Shown here in pieces: positions 35,153-45,169 of a stretch of 55,691 nucleotides of DNA (positions within the stretch are counted from its first letter, which is position 1; each line of letters begins with the position of its first letter). The notes under the pieces are model-generated. The model was not told the origin of the DNA, did no database searches, and saw only the letters and a list, made by a program, of their open reading frames with translations. The position numbers and the translations under genes are program-made. The DNA lies in the IMG/VR virus record IMGVR_UViG_3300043436_004224; one strand, written 5' to 3'. This DNA is from an uncultured virus (IMG/VR IMGVR_UViG_3300043436_004224). Its lineage: Duplodnaviria; Heunggongvirae; Uroviricota; Caudoviricetes.

Positions 35153-38096
35153 AAAGACACTAACTAACTTTCTGAGCAGTATGGAACGCCGTGTGAACAC
35201 GGTCGAACTTAGGCCTATAAGCCTACTAACCAGCGGTCAAGTTGCAGCAATCGTAGCCGGTGCGGGGAGTCTTGACACGGGTCCCGACACTATTGTGTCT
35301 GTTAATGCTCCAAACCAATATAAAAGAATTATCGAGGGCTACTACTACAGTAATCTTTTGACGGGCGCAGAGCCCAGAGTAGAGCTATATTTTAGCGCTG
35401 ATACTGGTCTAGATACAGACAAAACTATTAGAGTCGAAGGCATTCACCAGTTAGACGACAACGGCACCCCCGTAGAGTTTAGAGTTTCTAGTGACTATAA
35501 GACTCTTTCAGTTGATACTCCACCCTGGGAAGAGCGCGACTCATTTAACGGTACTCGTCACACTCCTGGAAGCGATGTCACAAATACTGCTCTATTCAAT
35601 GTAGATATTGGAAACGAGTACTCCTCTAGAAAAAGTCTAATAGTTAGTAGAGAAATAGCTTTCTCAGAGGCGACAACCACTACTGCAAAACTAACTTTTA
35701 CTAGTACAAACTACTTTCAGGCAGGAGACGTAGTCTATGTTGACGTTCCTTCCACTAGTCAATATTACGAAATAGACGGTCTTTTTATAGTAAAAGAAGC
35801 AGGGTCTAACTTCATAACTTATGACTTTTCTACTCCACTAGCCGAACCAATCAACTATGCAGGAGTTGCTGGAAATAGATCTGTCTATGCTGTAGCCAGA
35901 TCAGCGACTAGAGACGGTGCTACTTGGATTAATACAAGCACTGACCCCGACACTATCTATGCCTGGAAGGGTATTAGGTGGATAACCTACAGTACCGGAG
36001 ATGTAACCAAGGATGAGATCGCGCCAGGCCCAGTAACTAATCTGGAGGCCACAAGCGCGAACGAGACGCCAGATGGTAATGCTATTGGCTTAAGCAGGGT
36101 TACTCTAACTTGGACGGCTCCGGAAAATAGTGCAGACGATACTCCTATAGATGATTTGATTGGCTATACCATTTGGTGGAGACAGTATGCTACTCAGGAA
36201 TGGCAAAAAGCAGACATAACTGGTGCTGATACGACATTCAGCGTAGGCGGTTTCGAGCAGGGTTCTGCAGCATACTTTAGGGTTTTTGCTAGGGACGCTA
36301 GCGGTAACCGATCTATCGGAGTGGACATAACCCACACCACTGGAAGAAGCAATCCGGTAATAGGTAGACCCGGGCCTCCGGTAGTTGAGAGCTATTTAGG
36401 AACAATCAAAGTTTCTTACGATGACCTGACTGCATTAGGTAACGTTCAGTCAGGTACCGCTAAAGAAGTACAAGTTTATATGTCAACCGTAGACGACTTT
36501 GATATTGAATCGCCCGGTGCTTATTATGGAAAATTTGCTGCAGGCAATAAGAGTTTCATAATTATCCCCGGCACGGAACTAGTTCATGATACGGACTACT
36601 ATTTTAAAATCAATGTCCGCGATATTTATGGAAACGTAACGCAACCATCGGATCAGGTATCTGTTAAAGCGCAACTTGAAGACATTGTTACGTTCAATAT
36701 GCTAGAGGTCGGAAGCCTAGACGGTCAGACCATTACTGGTCTACAAATCCAGACTAATGAGAATCCTGGCGTTAACGGCGGAATTATTCTTACTAAGCAG
36801 CAACTGATTGCTTATGCTCCCCCGGGTGGCGTAGGCGGGTCAGCTTCTCAGACATTTAGAATTGACGCTGCTACAGGAGCGGTATCCATTGGCGAGTATC
36901 TAGGTAAGCAGGAAGCTGCTGGCCTATACCTAGGACAATCAAATGCAGCAACGACTTACTCGACCAAGGTAGAGGCACAGGCTATCGAGCTAAAGGCCAC
37001 TAATGCTGCTACAAGCGCCGCCACCGCGGATGGTAAAGCTGTTGATGCCCTAACCAGGATTGAAGCCGGAGAAATAACAATAACCAAAGCAGGAGCTGTT
37101 GGTGCTTTAAACGAAGGCGTAGACCCAGGTAACACTACTACTATAAACGGCGGTCTTATCAAGACCAACACTATTGATGCGCAAACGATTAAAGCTGGTA
37201 CTCTTAGGTCTGGCGTTATATACGCAGGAGAGATTAATGCCGACAAGATCACTGCCGGATCTATATCTGCAGACAGGCTAACTACTACTTCTTTAGACGC
37301 GACCAACCTCAAAGCCGGAACTATTAGTGCAGATAGAATTAAGACTGAGTCCTTATCTGCTGCCAAAATAAATGCTACCAACATTACCACTGGAAGTATG
37401 TCTGGTGACAGAATTTCTGCAGGTACTATTACTGGTACTACGGTGCAAACGTCTTCTGGCGCTAAAAGAGTTGTTTTAAATAACTCTGCAAATGCTATAC
37501 AATTTTACTATAATAATACTTTTGCAGGACAAATAGATGGTCAAAGTAGCGCTGGTGCAAACCTTGAAATATCTGGACCTGGCACGGCTGGACTTACTGT
37601 TGGACTAGTTGCCACGACATTTAGCGGTGGTGTAGCAACTACTGGTAGCGCCAGTATAATCGCTGCGGGGCGCTGCGGTCAAGGAACTTTTAGTGCTCTA
37701 GGTGTGTCTGGTTCTGCCGTATTTAGAGCTCCTGGAGGAGCTAATGCATTTCAATTTGGTCCTTCAAGCTCTGACGTAAGACTTAAAAAAGATATTGTAG
37801 ATCTAGAAAATAGCCTAGATTTAATTAATAATCTTCGTCCAGTTAAATTTAGATTTAAGGCCGAAGAAGACGGTCCAGTTAATTATGGGCTAATTGCTCA
37901 AGAAGTCCAGCCATTGTTTGATGACAACGATAACGTCGTAAACTCATATCCAGTTGGAGAAGATGAGGAAGATAAAGAAGAGTATCTCAGTGTGGAGTAC
38001 AACGCCTTTATTGCTCCACTAATTGGTGCAATACAAGAGCTCACCCAAAAAAATCTAGAATTAGAAGCTAGACTAGCTAATTTGGAAAATTCTTAA
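35133..38096 (+). CDS. Tail fibre/spike with FN3-like domains and C-terminal intramolecular chaperone (peptidase S74)
   Basis: PGPVTNL..LTW.AP FN3 pattern; I.AG.I.AD.I repeats; SDVRLKKDI...LRPV.F...GLIAQEV plus coiled coil. Confidence 0.85.
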   Translation: MAIRRRRKTLTNFLSSMERRVNTVELRPISLLTSGQVAAIVAGAGSLDTGPDTIVSVNAPNQYKRIIEGYYYSNLLTGAEPRVELYFSADTGLDTDKTIRVEGIHQLDDNGTPVEFRVSSDYKTLSVDTPPWEERDSFNGTRHTPGSDVTNTALFNVDIGNEYSSRKSLIVSREIAFSEATTTTAKLTFTSTNYFQAGDVVYVDVPSTSQYYEIDGLFIVKEAGSNFITYDFSTPLAEPINYAGVAGNRSVYAVARSATRDGATWINTSTDPDTIYAWKGIRWITYSTGDVTKDEIAPGPVTNLEATSANETPDGNAIGLSRVTLTWTAPENSADDTPIDDLIGYTIWWRQYATQEWQKADITGADTTFSVGGFEQGSAAYFRVFARDASGNRSIGVDITHTTGRSNPVIGRPGPPVVESYLGTIKVSYDDLTALGNVQSGTAKEVQVYMSTVDDFDIESPGAYYGKFAAGNKSFIIIPGTELVHDTDYYFKINVRDIYGNVTQPSDQVSVKAQLEDIVTFNMLEVGSLDGQTITGLQIQTNENPGVNGGIILTKQQLIAYAPPGGVGGSASQTFRIDAATGAVSIGEYLGKQEAAGLYLGQSNAATTYSTKVEAQAIELKATNAATSAATADGKAVDALTRIEAGEITITKAGAVGALNEGVDPGNTTTINGGLIKTNTIDAQTIKAGTLRSGVIYAGEINADKITAGSISADRLTTTSLDATNLKAGTISADRIKTESLSAAKINATNITTGSMSGDRISAGTITGTTVQTSSGAKRVVLNNSANAIQFYYNNTFAGQIDGQSSAGANLEISGPGTAGLTVGLVATTFSGGVATTGSASIIAAGRCGQGTFSALGVSGSAVFRAPGGANAFQFGPSSSDVRLKKDIVDLENSLDLINNLRPVKFRFKAEEDGPVNYGLIAQEVQPLFDDNDNVVNSYPVGEDEEDKEEYLSVEYNAFIAPLIGAIQELTQKNLELEARLANLENS

Positions 38097-38098
38097 TA

Positions 38099-38569
38099 AT
38101 GATATCTGTACAAGATGGCAATAGGACCCTACAATTTAATGGAAGGGTTCTTGCTAAATCCACCTCTAAAAGACATGGCTCTGTTAGGTGGATTGAGTTT
38201 GAGCTTTATCAGACAGAAAGCGGGTCTTACATACTTTCCCGGGTGGGAGTTTCCATGGTTTTTCATGGAGCAGCTTGTTCACTAGTAAAACGATACAATC
38301 TACAAGAGGCTCCCACATCAGAACTACACATAAACGCTAGCCCCTGCGAAGAGTGTGACCCAGACGAAAGCATTGAATTAGTTTTTCCTGAAAAGTATCG
38401 CCACTGGGCTCAAGTAACCGATAAGCCAGAGGTGGTCCTAGAATCCCTATATAAATACGACGATAATGGGACCAAATATTTGACCTCCGTTGCAGAGCGT
38501 TTACTGCAAGAAGCAGCCAAACTTGACTCTGATATAGCGAATGTGTATAATTACGAAATAATCCCGTAA
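38099..38569 (+). CDS. Hypothetical protein
   Basis: 156 aa ORF with H..C and CxxC motifs. Confidence 0.7.
   Translation: MISVQDGNRTLQFNGRVLAKSTSKRHGSVRWIEFELYQTESGSYILSRVGVSMVFHGAACSLVKRYNLQEAPTSELHINASPCEECDPDESIELVFPEKYRHWAQVTDKPEVVLESLYKYDDNGTKYLTSVAERLLQEAAKLDSDIANVYNYEIIP
38523..38551 (+). promoter_or_regulatory. Near-consensus SigA promoter for the DNA polymerase operon
   Basis: TTGACT-17 bp-TATAAT with extended TG. Confidence 0.75.
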
Positions 38570-38599
38570 GGGGCAGCTACACCTAACGAAACGACAAAA

Positions 38600-40423
38600 A
38601 TGACATCAGGACTTGAGGGAGTTCAACTAAACCTAGTCAACACCGTTGATGAGGCACAGAAGTTTATCTCTTGGCTTGGCGAGCGCCGACCACACAATGC
38701 AATCGCTATTGACACCGAAACCGGTGAACTTCCAGGCAAGCCTCGCGCCCATGCCCTTTCGCCTTGGCATGGTCGGCTACGTCTAGTTCAAGTTGGCGAT
38801 GGGATGACCGGGTGGTCTATCCCATGGGATCAGTGGAAGGGCGTCTTCTACGAAGCAATGGAAAAGTTTGATGGCCCTATTGTTTGTCACAATGTTGCCT
38901 TCGAAGCCAGATGGTTTGATGTCCAGTCCGAGTGGTCGATCCCTTGGCACCGTGTCCACGACACAATGATTATGGCTCAGTTGGTAGACCCGCTAGGTTC
39001 GGGAGCCCTAAAAACTCTTACTCAGAAATATATTGATCCTCAGGCTGCAAGATTGCAGTCGGTTTTAGATGATGGACTAACTGATAATGGTTGGACATGG
39101 GGCTCAGTGCCAATTGAGTTTGAGCCTTACTGGTCATATGGCGCACTAGATCCTGTCCTAACTATGCGTTTGTGGGAAAAATTCTGGCCTACTTTTCAGC
39201 CAGGAGCTATGTATAGCTACCCCTACGAGCTAGAAATGAATACCCGCAGAATTGTTACACGTATGGAAATAAACGGTGCAAGAGTCGATGTTGACTACTC
39301 ACAAAAGAAATACGATGAACTACTTCAATATACAGATCAGGTTCGAATCTGGGGGGAGTCTACATACAACGGAATGTCTATTGGAAGTAATCAGCAGCTG
39401 GTGGCTCAGTTTGAAAAACTTGGCGCTGAAATCACAGAAAAAACAGCAACTGGTAGAAAGTCTGCTTCCGCGGAGCAGCTGCAGATTCTTTCAATTAGTG
39501 GTACCCCTGAGGTTAAGCAGCTAGCAGATACAGCCTTAAAGTATAGAAAAGCAGGAAAGCTTGCCTCTACTTATTTCTTAAACTTCTTAAACGATAACGT
39601 AAACGGTTTTGTACATCCGTCTGTAAAAACCATGGGCGCTCGTACTGGACGTATGTCTATTCAGAACCCCGCACTGCAAACTCTACCAAAGGGCGATGAC
39701 ACAGTTCGTCGCGCATTCTTGCCTAAGGATGATGACCACGTAATTGTCACCTCCGACCTTGACCAGGTTGAGTTCCGCATGTTCGCATCTCTTTCTGAGG
39801 ACCCAAACCTGATTCAACTATTCAATCTTGCAGATGCAACTGGCTCTGACCCGTTTACAGAAATTGGTAGGGAGATTTACCAGGACCCAAGCATGCAAAA
39901 AACAGACAAGAGACGATCTCTAATTAAGGGTGTGATCTACGGTCGTCTATATGGGGCCGGAGTTGCTAAACAAGCTATTACCGCTGGTGTTCCTGAAGAA
40001 CAGATGCGTCAGGTTTCAAATGAGTTTGATCGAAAGTTCCCCGGTATGCAGAAGTTCCAAAGGAAAATTGAAAGTATAGGAACTAAAAGACTAGAAATCG
40101 AAGGCCGAGGCTATGTATCTACTTGGACTGGTAGACAGCTACCGTGCGATGACGATAAGGTATACACTCTTGTCAATTACTTGGTACAGGGTGGTGCTGC
40201 AGAAGTCTTTAAATCGAACCTAATAAAACTAGACCAAGCCGATTTGACCGAGCTTTTAATTGTTCCGGTACACGATGAAATTGTTCTAAATGCTCCTAGA
40301 GAAGACGCCGAAGAGATAAAAAGAATAGTAAAAGAATGTATGACTACAACTCAAGGTTGGGCGGTTCCTCTTACTGCTGGTGTAGATGGTCCTCTAGAGA
40401 ACTGGGGCTCCAAGTATGCGTAA
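38600..40423 (+). CDS. polA: Family A DNA polymerase with 3'-5' exonuclease domain
   Basis: DTET exo I, HN..F, TGRMS..NP.LQ, DLDQVEFR (motif A), R...K...YG..YG (B), VHDE (C). Confidence 0.95.
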   Translation: MTSGLEGVQLNLVNTVDEAQKFISWLGERRPHNAIAIDTETGELPGKPRAHALSPWHGRLRLVQVGDGMTGWSIPWDQWKGVFYEAMEKFDGPIVCHNVAFEARWFDVQSEWSIPWHRVHDTMIMAQLVDPLGSGALKTLTQKYIDPQAARLQSVLDDGLTDNGWTWGSVPIEFEPYWSYGALDPVLTMRLWEKFWPTFQPGAMYSYPYELEMNTRRIVTRMEINGARVDVDYSQKKYDELLQYTDQVRIWGESTYNGMSIGSNQQLVAQFEKLGAEITEKTATGRKSASAEQLQILSISGTPEVKQLADTALKYRKAGKLASTYFLNFLNDNVNGFVHPSVKTMGARTGRMSIQNPALQTLPKGDDTVRRAFLPKDDDHVIVTSDLDQVEFRMFASLSEDPNLIQLFNLADATGSDPFTEIGREIYQDPSMQKTDKRRSLIKGVIYGRLYGAGVAKQAITAGVPEEQMRQVSNEFDRKFPGMQKFQRKIESIGTKRLEIEGRGYVSTWTGRQLPCDDDKVYTLVNYLVQGGAAEVFKSNLIKLDQADLTELLIVPVHDEIVLNAPREDAEEIKRIVKECMTTTQGWAVPLTAGVDGPLENWGSKYA

Positions 40424-40517
40424 AAGAACACTTGGCTATCCTTGCAGACGCCATAGAATCAGGTTTACAGGCAGCTACTGCCCCAAATGCTACCTAGAAA
40501 GACAGGCAAAACGATGA
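40416..40517 (+). CDS. 33 aa zinc-finger microprotein (not in ORF track)
   Basis: MRKRTLGYPCRRHRIRFTGSYCPKCYLERQAKR; overlaps polA stop and has ATGA overlap with next gene. Confidence 0.55.
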   Translation: MRKRTLGYPCRRHRIRFTGSYCPKCYLERQAKR

Positions 40518-40981
40518 CTAAATACGTTCTATCTGTAGACCCTGGAAAGGCCACTGGAATGGCCCTATTTAGCCTCCAGACGGGCCAGGAGCCCGTTTTA
40601 GAGTGGTCTGGGGAGTTCCAACAGCACGAATATGCAGAGCCTATACGGGCCGTTCTTAGTAATCCTGATATAGCGGACAATCTGACAGTAGTCTGCGAGC
40701 GGTTTACTATAAATGCCCAAACTCTAAGGAATTCTCAGTCTCCATTTAGCTTAGAACAGATAGGCATACTCAAGCAGTGCATATTAGATGCCGATAAAAA
40801 TCCTGAAGAAATAGTATTTCAAGCCCCTGCTGATGCTAAGGCTATGTTTCCTAACGAGGCGCTTAAATTCTTAGAGTATTGGCACCGAGGAGGCGAGGGT
40901 CACGCGCTAGATGCAATCCGACACGCCCTACTGAGACTTGTAAAACTTGGATGGAAGCCAGTAAAACTGCTTGAAAGATAG
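40514..40981 (+). CDS. RuvC-like Holliday junction resolvase
   Basis: LSVDPG..TG, VVCERF and HALDA RNase H-fold motifs. Confidence 0.75.
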   Translation: MTKYVLSVDPGKATGMALFSLQTGQEPVLEWSGEFQQHEYAEPIRAVLSNPDIADNLTVVCERFTINAQTLRNSQSPFSLEQIGILKQCILDADKNPEEIVFQAPADAKAMFPNEALKFLEYWHRGGEGHALDAIRHALLRLVKLGWKPVKLLER

Positions 40982-40998
40982 GTATTATCAAAAAACAC

Positions 40999-41027
40999 TT
41001 GCGCAAGTAGTTTTTTTCTGATACTGT
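40999..41027 (+). promoter_or_regulatory. SigA-type promoter
   Basis: TTGCGC-17 bp-TACTGT with extended TG; same -35 as the promoter at 3549. Confidence 0.6.
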
Positions 41028-41057
41028 CTAAATACGTAATGACGAAATGGAGGCCAC

Positions 41058-42869
41058 GTGCCTGTACATGTTGAGCTTGATGACTCTTCTACTCACATTC
41101 AGATAACCGCTGAGTGGAGATTGAAAGAGATCTGTAGAGCACTACCGGGGTCTACTTGGAGTGCTAAAGATCAGGTTTGGCGCATTCCGGTTTCTTGGAC
41201 TGGGTGCCTAGCTTTGCGTTCTACTTTTAAAGAAGAGCTTACTATTGGACCGCGCCTAGGGGCATGGGCTAAGAATGAACGAGAATCTCGGATTGACCCT
41301 AGCAACCTGCTCAGAGACATAGAAGTACAGGAAGACGGAGACCAAGACTTATTTCCTCATCAAAGAGCTGGCGTTGATTTTCTTGTAAAGTCCCGTAGAG
41401 CGCTCCTAGCTGATGAGCCCGGGCTAGGTAAAACCGCCCAGGCTATTCGAGCTCTAAAGAAAATGTTTGACGAAGGTCAGGAAGTTTTCCCGGCTCTAGT
41501 TGTTTGCCCCAACACCTTGAAAAGCAACTGGGAACGAGAGTTTGACAGATGGTGGCCAGGTGTCAATGTTTCTGTTGTTAAAGGTAGCGCCATTCAGCGC
41601 AAAAAAGCTTTTGAAGAAAAAGCTGATGTCTATGTAATTAACTGGGAGTCTCTGCGCACCCACTCTAAGCTTTTGTCTTACGGATCTATAGCTCTGGCCC
41701 GTTGTGAAGACTGTGGTGGGCACGACTCTAGAGTCACAGTAAATAGGTGTGAGGTACATCCTCGCGAACTAAACCTTACAGATTTCAAGTCTGTAATTGC
41801 TGACGAAATTCACCGCTCAAAAGACCCTAAATCTAAGCAGACTCGTGCTCTTTGGGCAGCAACTGGAGAAGCTGACATTAGATACGCCCTGACTGGTACT
41901 CCTATTGCTAACGATGTTGTTGACCTTTGGCCTATCCTTCATTGGCTAGACCCAAAGGAGTGGCCTAGCAAGACAAAGTGGATTGACAGGTACGTAGATA
42001 CCATGATTAATGCCTTCGGTGGCATGATGGTTATTGGCCTCAAGCCGACAATGACGGAAGAGTTCTATGCCGGCATTAACCCACGCATGCGTCGTATGCT
42101 CAAAGCTAAAGTGCTTCCTTGGCTCCCTAAAGTTATGACCGAGCGCCGAGATGTAGAGATGGGGGCTAAACAGGCTAAGGCGTACAAGCAGATGTTGCAG
42201 AACATGATTGCCATGCTAGAAAATGACGAGGGAGTTACTGGTGATGCTCTAGTTGCTCCAAACCCCCTAACGCAGACAATCAGACTGCTTCAGTTTGCTA
42301 ATGCTTACGCTCAAATTGAAATCTCTGAGGCTGGCGAAGAGCAAGTAATTTTGTCAGACCCTTCTTGTAAGGTTGATGCTCTAATGGATGACATGAAAAA
42401 TGGTGACTTTGGAGATGATTCCGTAGCTGTTTGTGCAGTGTCTAGGCAACTTATAGACATTCTTAGTGCCAGACTCACAAAAGAAGGCATAGCTCATGGG
42501 CTGATTACAGGGGCCCAGGACGGCGATGAAAGACAAAAATCTATTGACGACTTTCAAGCCGGAAAAACTAAGTGGATCCTATTTACTGCTCAGGCTGGTG
42601 GAGTTGGAGTCACCTTGACAAAAGCTCGCCGTCTTGTTATGCTTCAAAGACCTTGGTCTCTTGTTGATTACAAGCAGGCTTTGGACCGTGTCCACCGCAT
42701 TGGGTCTGAGATTCATGACTCAATCATTATCACAGACTATGTAACAGAAGGCAGTATCGAAGAAAGAGTTATTCAAGCTTTGGACGTAAAATCTGATAAC
42801 TTTGAGCAGATTGTAAAAGACAAAGTAAAACTACTTGAAATGCTAAAGAACGGAATACCGAAGACATAA
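41058..42869 (+). CDS. SNF2-family helicase
   Basis: LADEPGLGKT, DEIH, LTGTP, AGGVGVTL, QALDRVHRIG motifs. Confidence 0.92.
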   Translation: MPVHVELDDSSTHIQITAEWRLKEICRALPGSTWSAKDQVWRIPVSWTGCLALRSTFKEELTIGPRLGAWAKNERESRIDPSNLLRDIEVQEDGDQDLFPHQRAGVDFLVKSRRALLADEPGLGKTAQAIRALKKMFDEGQEVFPALVVCPNTLKSNWEREFDRWWPGVNVSVVKGSAIQRKKAFEEKADVYVINWESLRTHSKLLSYGSIALARCEDCGGHDSRVTVNRCEVHPRELNLTDFKSVIADEIHRSKDPKSKQTRALWAATGEADIRYALTGTPIANDVVDLWPILHWLDPKEWPSKTKWIDRYVDTMINAFGGMMVIGLKPTMTEEFYAGINPRMRRMLKAKVLPWLPKVMTERRDVEMGAKQAKAYKQMLQNMIAMLENDEGVTGDALVAPNPLTQTIRLLQFANAYAQIEISEAGEEQVILSDPSCKVDALMDDMKNGDFGDDSVAVCAVSRQLIDILSARLTKEGIAHGLITGAQDGDERQKSIDDFQAGKTKWILFTAQAGGVGVTLTKARRLVMLQRPWSLVDYKQALDRVHRIGSEIHDSIIITDYVTEGSIEERVIQALDVKSDNFEQIVKDKVKLLEMLKNGIPKT

Positions 42870-43810
42870 TGACAACTACAGAGCCAATTAAAATCTCTAA
42901 CTCAGAGATTCAAACATTTAAAGATTGCCGACGCCGTTGGTGGCTGACTTATTACCGTCGCTTAAAGCCAAAAATGAAGGATTACACTGGAGCACTGGCT
43001 TTAGGTTCCCGCATTCACGAAGCCTTAGACCGTCACTACTCTACTGGTATTGACCTATTAGATGCTCATGCCGAGTTAATCAAGGAAGACATCAAGAAGA
43101 TGACTGATGCTAACCGCGATACCTCGAGCCTGGAGACAGAAGCCGAACTTGGCCGAGTCATGCTTGAGGGCTACTTAGAGTGGGTTGAGCTTGAAGGCAT
43201 TGATGCTGAACTTGAAATGATTTCTACAGAAGAAATTCTTGAGCGTTCAATGATGGACGGCAAGGTTATTCTTCAGGGAAAGATTGATATGCGTGTCCGC
43301 CGTAAGATTGACGGTGCTCGCATGATCCGAGACTTTAAGACTGTCGGTGGTTCTTTTGCTGACTTCGGTGCAATGGCACACATGAACGAGCAGGTTAAAA
43401 CCTACATGCTTCTGGACGAAGCTCAGGAGCAAGATGAGGACGGCGCTAGAACCGACGGTGCCATCTTCACAATGCTGCGGAAAGTCAAGCGTGGTGCTTA
43501 TGCAAAGCCACCGTTCTATGACCAGATCGAGGTTCGTCACAACAGATTTACTTTACGTGCTTTCCTAGAGCAAGTGGAGGGTACATTTGAGGACATGCTT
43601 CGCGTTCGTGACGCGTTGGATGCCGGAGGGAGTCACTACAAAAATGCATACCCGACTCCAACCAAAGACTGCAAATGGAAGTGCCAATTTTTCGCTATCT
43701 GCCCGCTGTTTGACGACGGCTCGGCAGCAGAGGCCGCTCTGAGCGATTCGTTTGAGTCAGCCGACCCATACGGTTATTACGGAATCGAAGAGAAGAAAGG
43801 AAGTGAGTAA
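42869..43810 (+). CDS. Cas4/RecB-like PD-(D/E)XK exonuclease
   Basis: S.S.I..F..C.R.W, GS.IH, GKID, DFKT, Q...Y and C-terminal C...C.....C. Confidence 0.85.
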   Translation: MTTTEPIKISNSEIQTFKDCRRRWWLTYYRRLKPKMKDYTGALALGSRIHEALDRHYSTGIDLLDAHAELIKEDIKKMTDANRDTSSLETEAELGRVMLEGYLEWVELEGIDAELEMISTEEILERSMMDGKVILQGKIDMRVRRKIDGARMIRDFKTVGGSFADFGAMAHMNEQVKTYMLLDEAQEQDEDGARTDGAIFTMLRKVKRGAYAKPPFYDQIEVRHNRFTLRAFLEQVEGTFEDMLRVRDALDAGGSHYKNAYPTPTKDCKWKCQFFAICPLFDDGSAAEAALSDSFESADPYGYYGIEEKKGSE

Positions 43811-44577
43811 TGGCAAATGCAGTTGATCGCAGTTTAACAATTATGGTTTATGGCGAATCAAAGGTTGGCAAGTCCAGCTTTGCTGTAACAGCCCCATACC
43901 CACGCCTCATGCTAGACGTTGAAGGTGGACATCGTTTCCTACCTATCAACGTAAAGTATTGGGATCCGCTAACTGAGGAGCCACCTCAAGCTGATGGAAC
44001 TTGGGACACTGTTGTGGTCCAAGTCCGTGAATATGACGTAGTCATAAAGGCTTTTCAGTGGCTTCAGTCAGGTAAGCACCAGTTCAAGTCCTTAATTATC
44101 GACTCAATCTCTGAGTTGCAGGTTAAGTGCATGGACAACATTGCAGGAACCGAACAAATGAAGATGCAACAGTGGGGCGAACTACTTCGCCACATGGGTG
44201 CACTACTTCGTGACCTTCGTGACTTGACAATGCACCCGACCCAGCCTCTCGAGGCTGTAATACTGACTGCTATGGCACGTAAGGGTCAGGATGGCGTATA
44301 CCGTCCTTACCTACAGGGTCAGCTAGCAATTCAGGCACCGTATTTCTACGACATCCTGGGAGCTATCACGGTAGAGACAATGCCGAACCCAGATCCGCTA
44401 CAGCAACCATTCCAAGTACGCCGCATGTATGTTGAGCGCACTCCGGAATATGAAGCTGGAGAGCGTGTTCAGGGCCGTCTAGGAAAAATAGTAGAGCAAG
44501 GCGACCTAGGTGTAGAACGCATGCTCGATAAGGTCTTTGGAGAAAAGACTGCAACAACAAGCAAGAAATCAAGTTAA
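43810..44577 (+). CDS. AAA ATPase (Sak4/AAA_24-like recombination protein)
   Basis: YGESKVGKS Walker A, LDVEGG, IIDSISE. Confidence 0.8.
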   Translation: MANAVDRSLTIMVYGESKVGKSSFAVTAPYPRLMLDVEGGHRFLPINVKYWDPLTEEPPQADGTWDTVVVQVREYDVVIKAFQWLQSGKHQFKSLIIDSISELQVKCMDNIAGTEQMKMQQWGELLRHMGALLRDLRDLTMHPTQPLEAVILTAMARKGQDGVYRPYLQGQLAIQAPYFYDILGAITVETMPNPDPLQQPFQVRRMYVERTPEYEAGERVQGRLGKIVEQGDLGVERMLDKVFGEKTATTSKKSS

Positions 44578-44593
44578 GGAGATATAAAGCCAT

Positions 44594-45112
44594 ATGAGCA
44601 CAACAAACTGGGCAGAGCTGATCAAGAAATCAGGCGATGTCGCGTCAAACACAAACTACGAGCCACTGCCAGACGGTGACTACGAGTTAAAGATAGTTAA
44701 GGTTGAAGCAGTTGTAACATCAACTGGTAAGCCTATGTTTAAGGTAACTAATGAAGTACAAGGTGGTCCGTACGCTAACCGCAAGGTTTGGGACAATCTA
44801 GTTGTTACCCACGACAACCCGAAGGCAATGGACATGTTCTTTATGAAGGTTATTGCCATGGGCCTTACCAAGCCCTTCTTCGAGTCTAACCCTACCGATG
44901 CTCAGATTGAGCAGGCACTAACTGGTAGGACTTTCCGTGCAAATATCGGACTAAGAACCTATGAGGGTAAGGACAGTAACGAGATCAAGAAGTACTTCCC
45001 TGGACAGGCGGCTGCAACTGCACCGTCTACTGGCGGAGCTGCAGTACCACCACCACCACCAGCGCCACCAGCAGCACCAGTATCTCCAGTAAGTTCCGAA
45101 ACACCGTTCTAA
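44594..45112 (+). CDS. Putative single-stranded DNA-binding protein (DUF669-like)
   Basis: YEPLPDGDY, TGKPM motifs; Pro-rich tail ending in PF; follows ATPase gene. Confidence 0.7.
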   Translation: MSTTNWAELIKKSGDVASNTNYEPLPDGDYELKIVKVEAVVTSTGKPMFKVTNEVQGGPYANRKVWDNLVVTHDNPKAMDMFFMKVIAMGLTKPFFESNPTDAQIEQALTGRTFRANIGLRTYEGKDSNEIKKYFPGQAAATAPSTGGAAVPPPPPAPPAAPVSPVSSETPF

Positions 45113-45122
45113 ACATATAACT

Positions 45123-45155
45123 AAGCGGGGCATCTAATTGGTGCCCCGCTTTTTT
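45123..45155 (+). terminator. Intrinsic terminator
   Basis: GCGGGGCATC-TAATT-GGTGCCCCGC followed by T6. Confidence 0.9.
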
Positions 45156-45169
45156 AGTTAGAGGCAGAG

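Noticed and set aside
37160..37440. Short repeats in the tail fibre as a diversity-generating or tandem DNA repeat
   Set aside because: Ordinary ~10 aa fibre repeats, degenerate at DNA level; no reverse transcriptase or template repeat seen
42869..43810. CRISPR-Cas system suggested by a Cas4-like gene
   Set aside because: No repeat-spacer array or other cas genes; stand-alone Cas4-like nucleases are common in phage recombination modules
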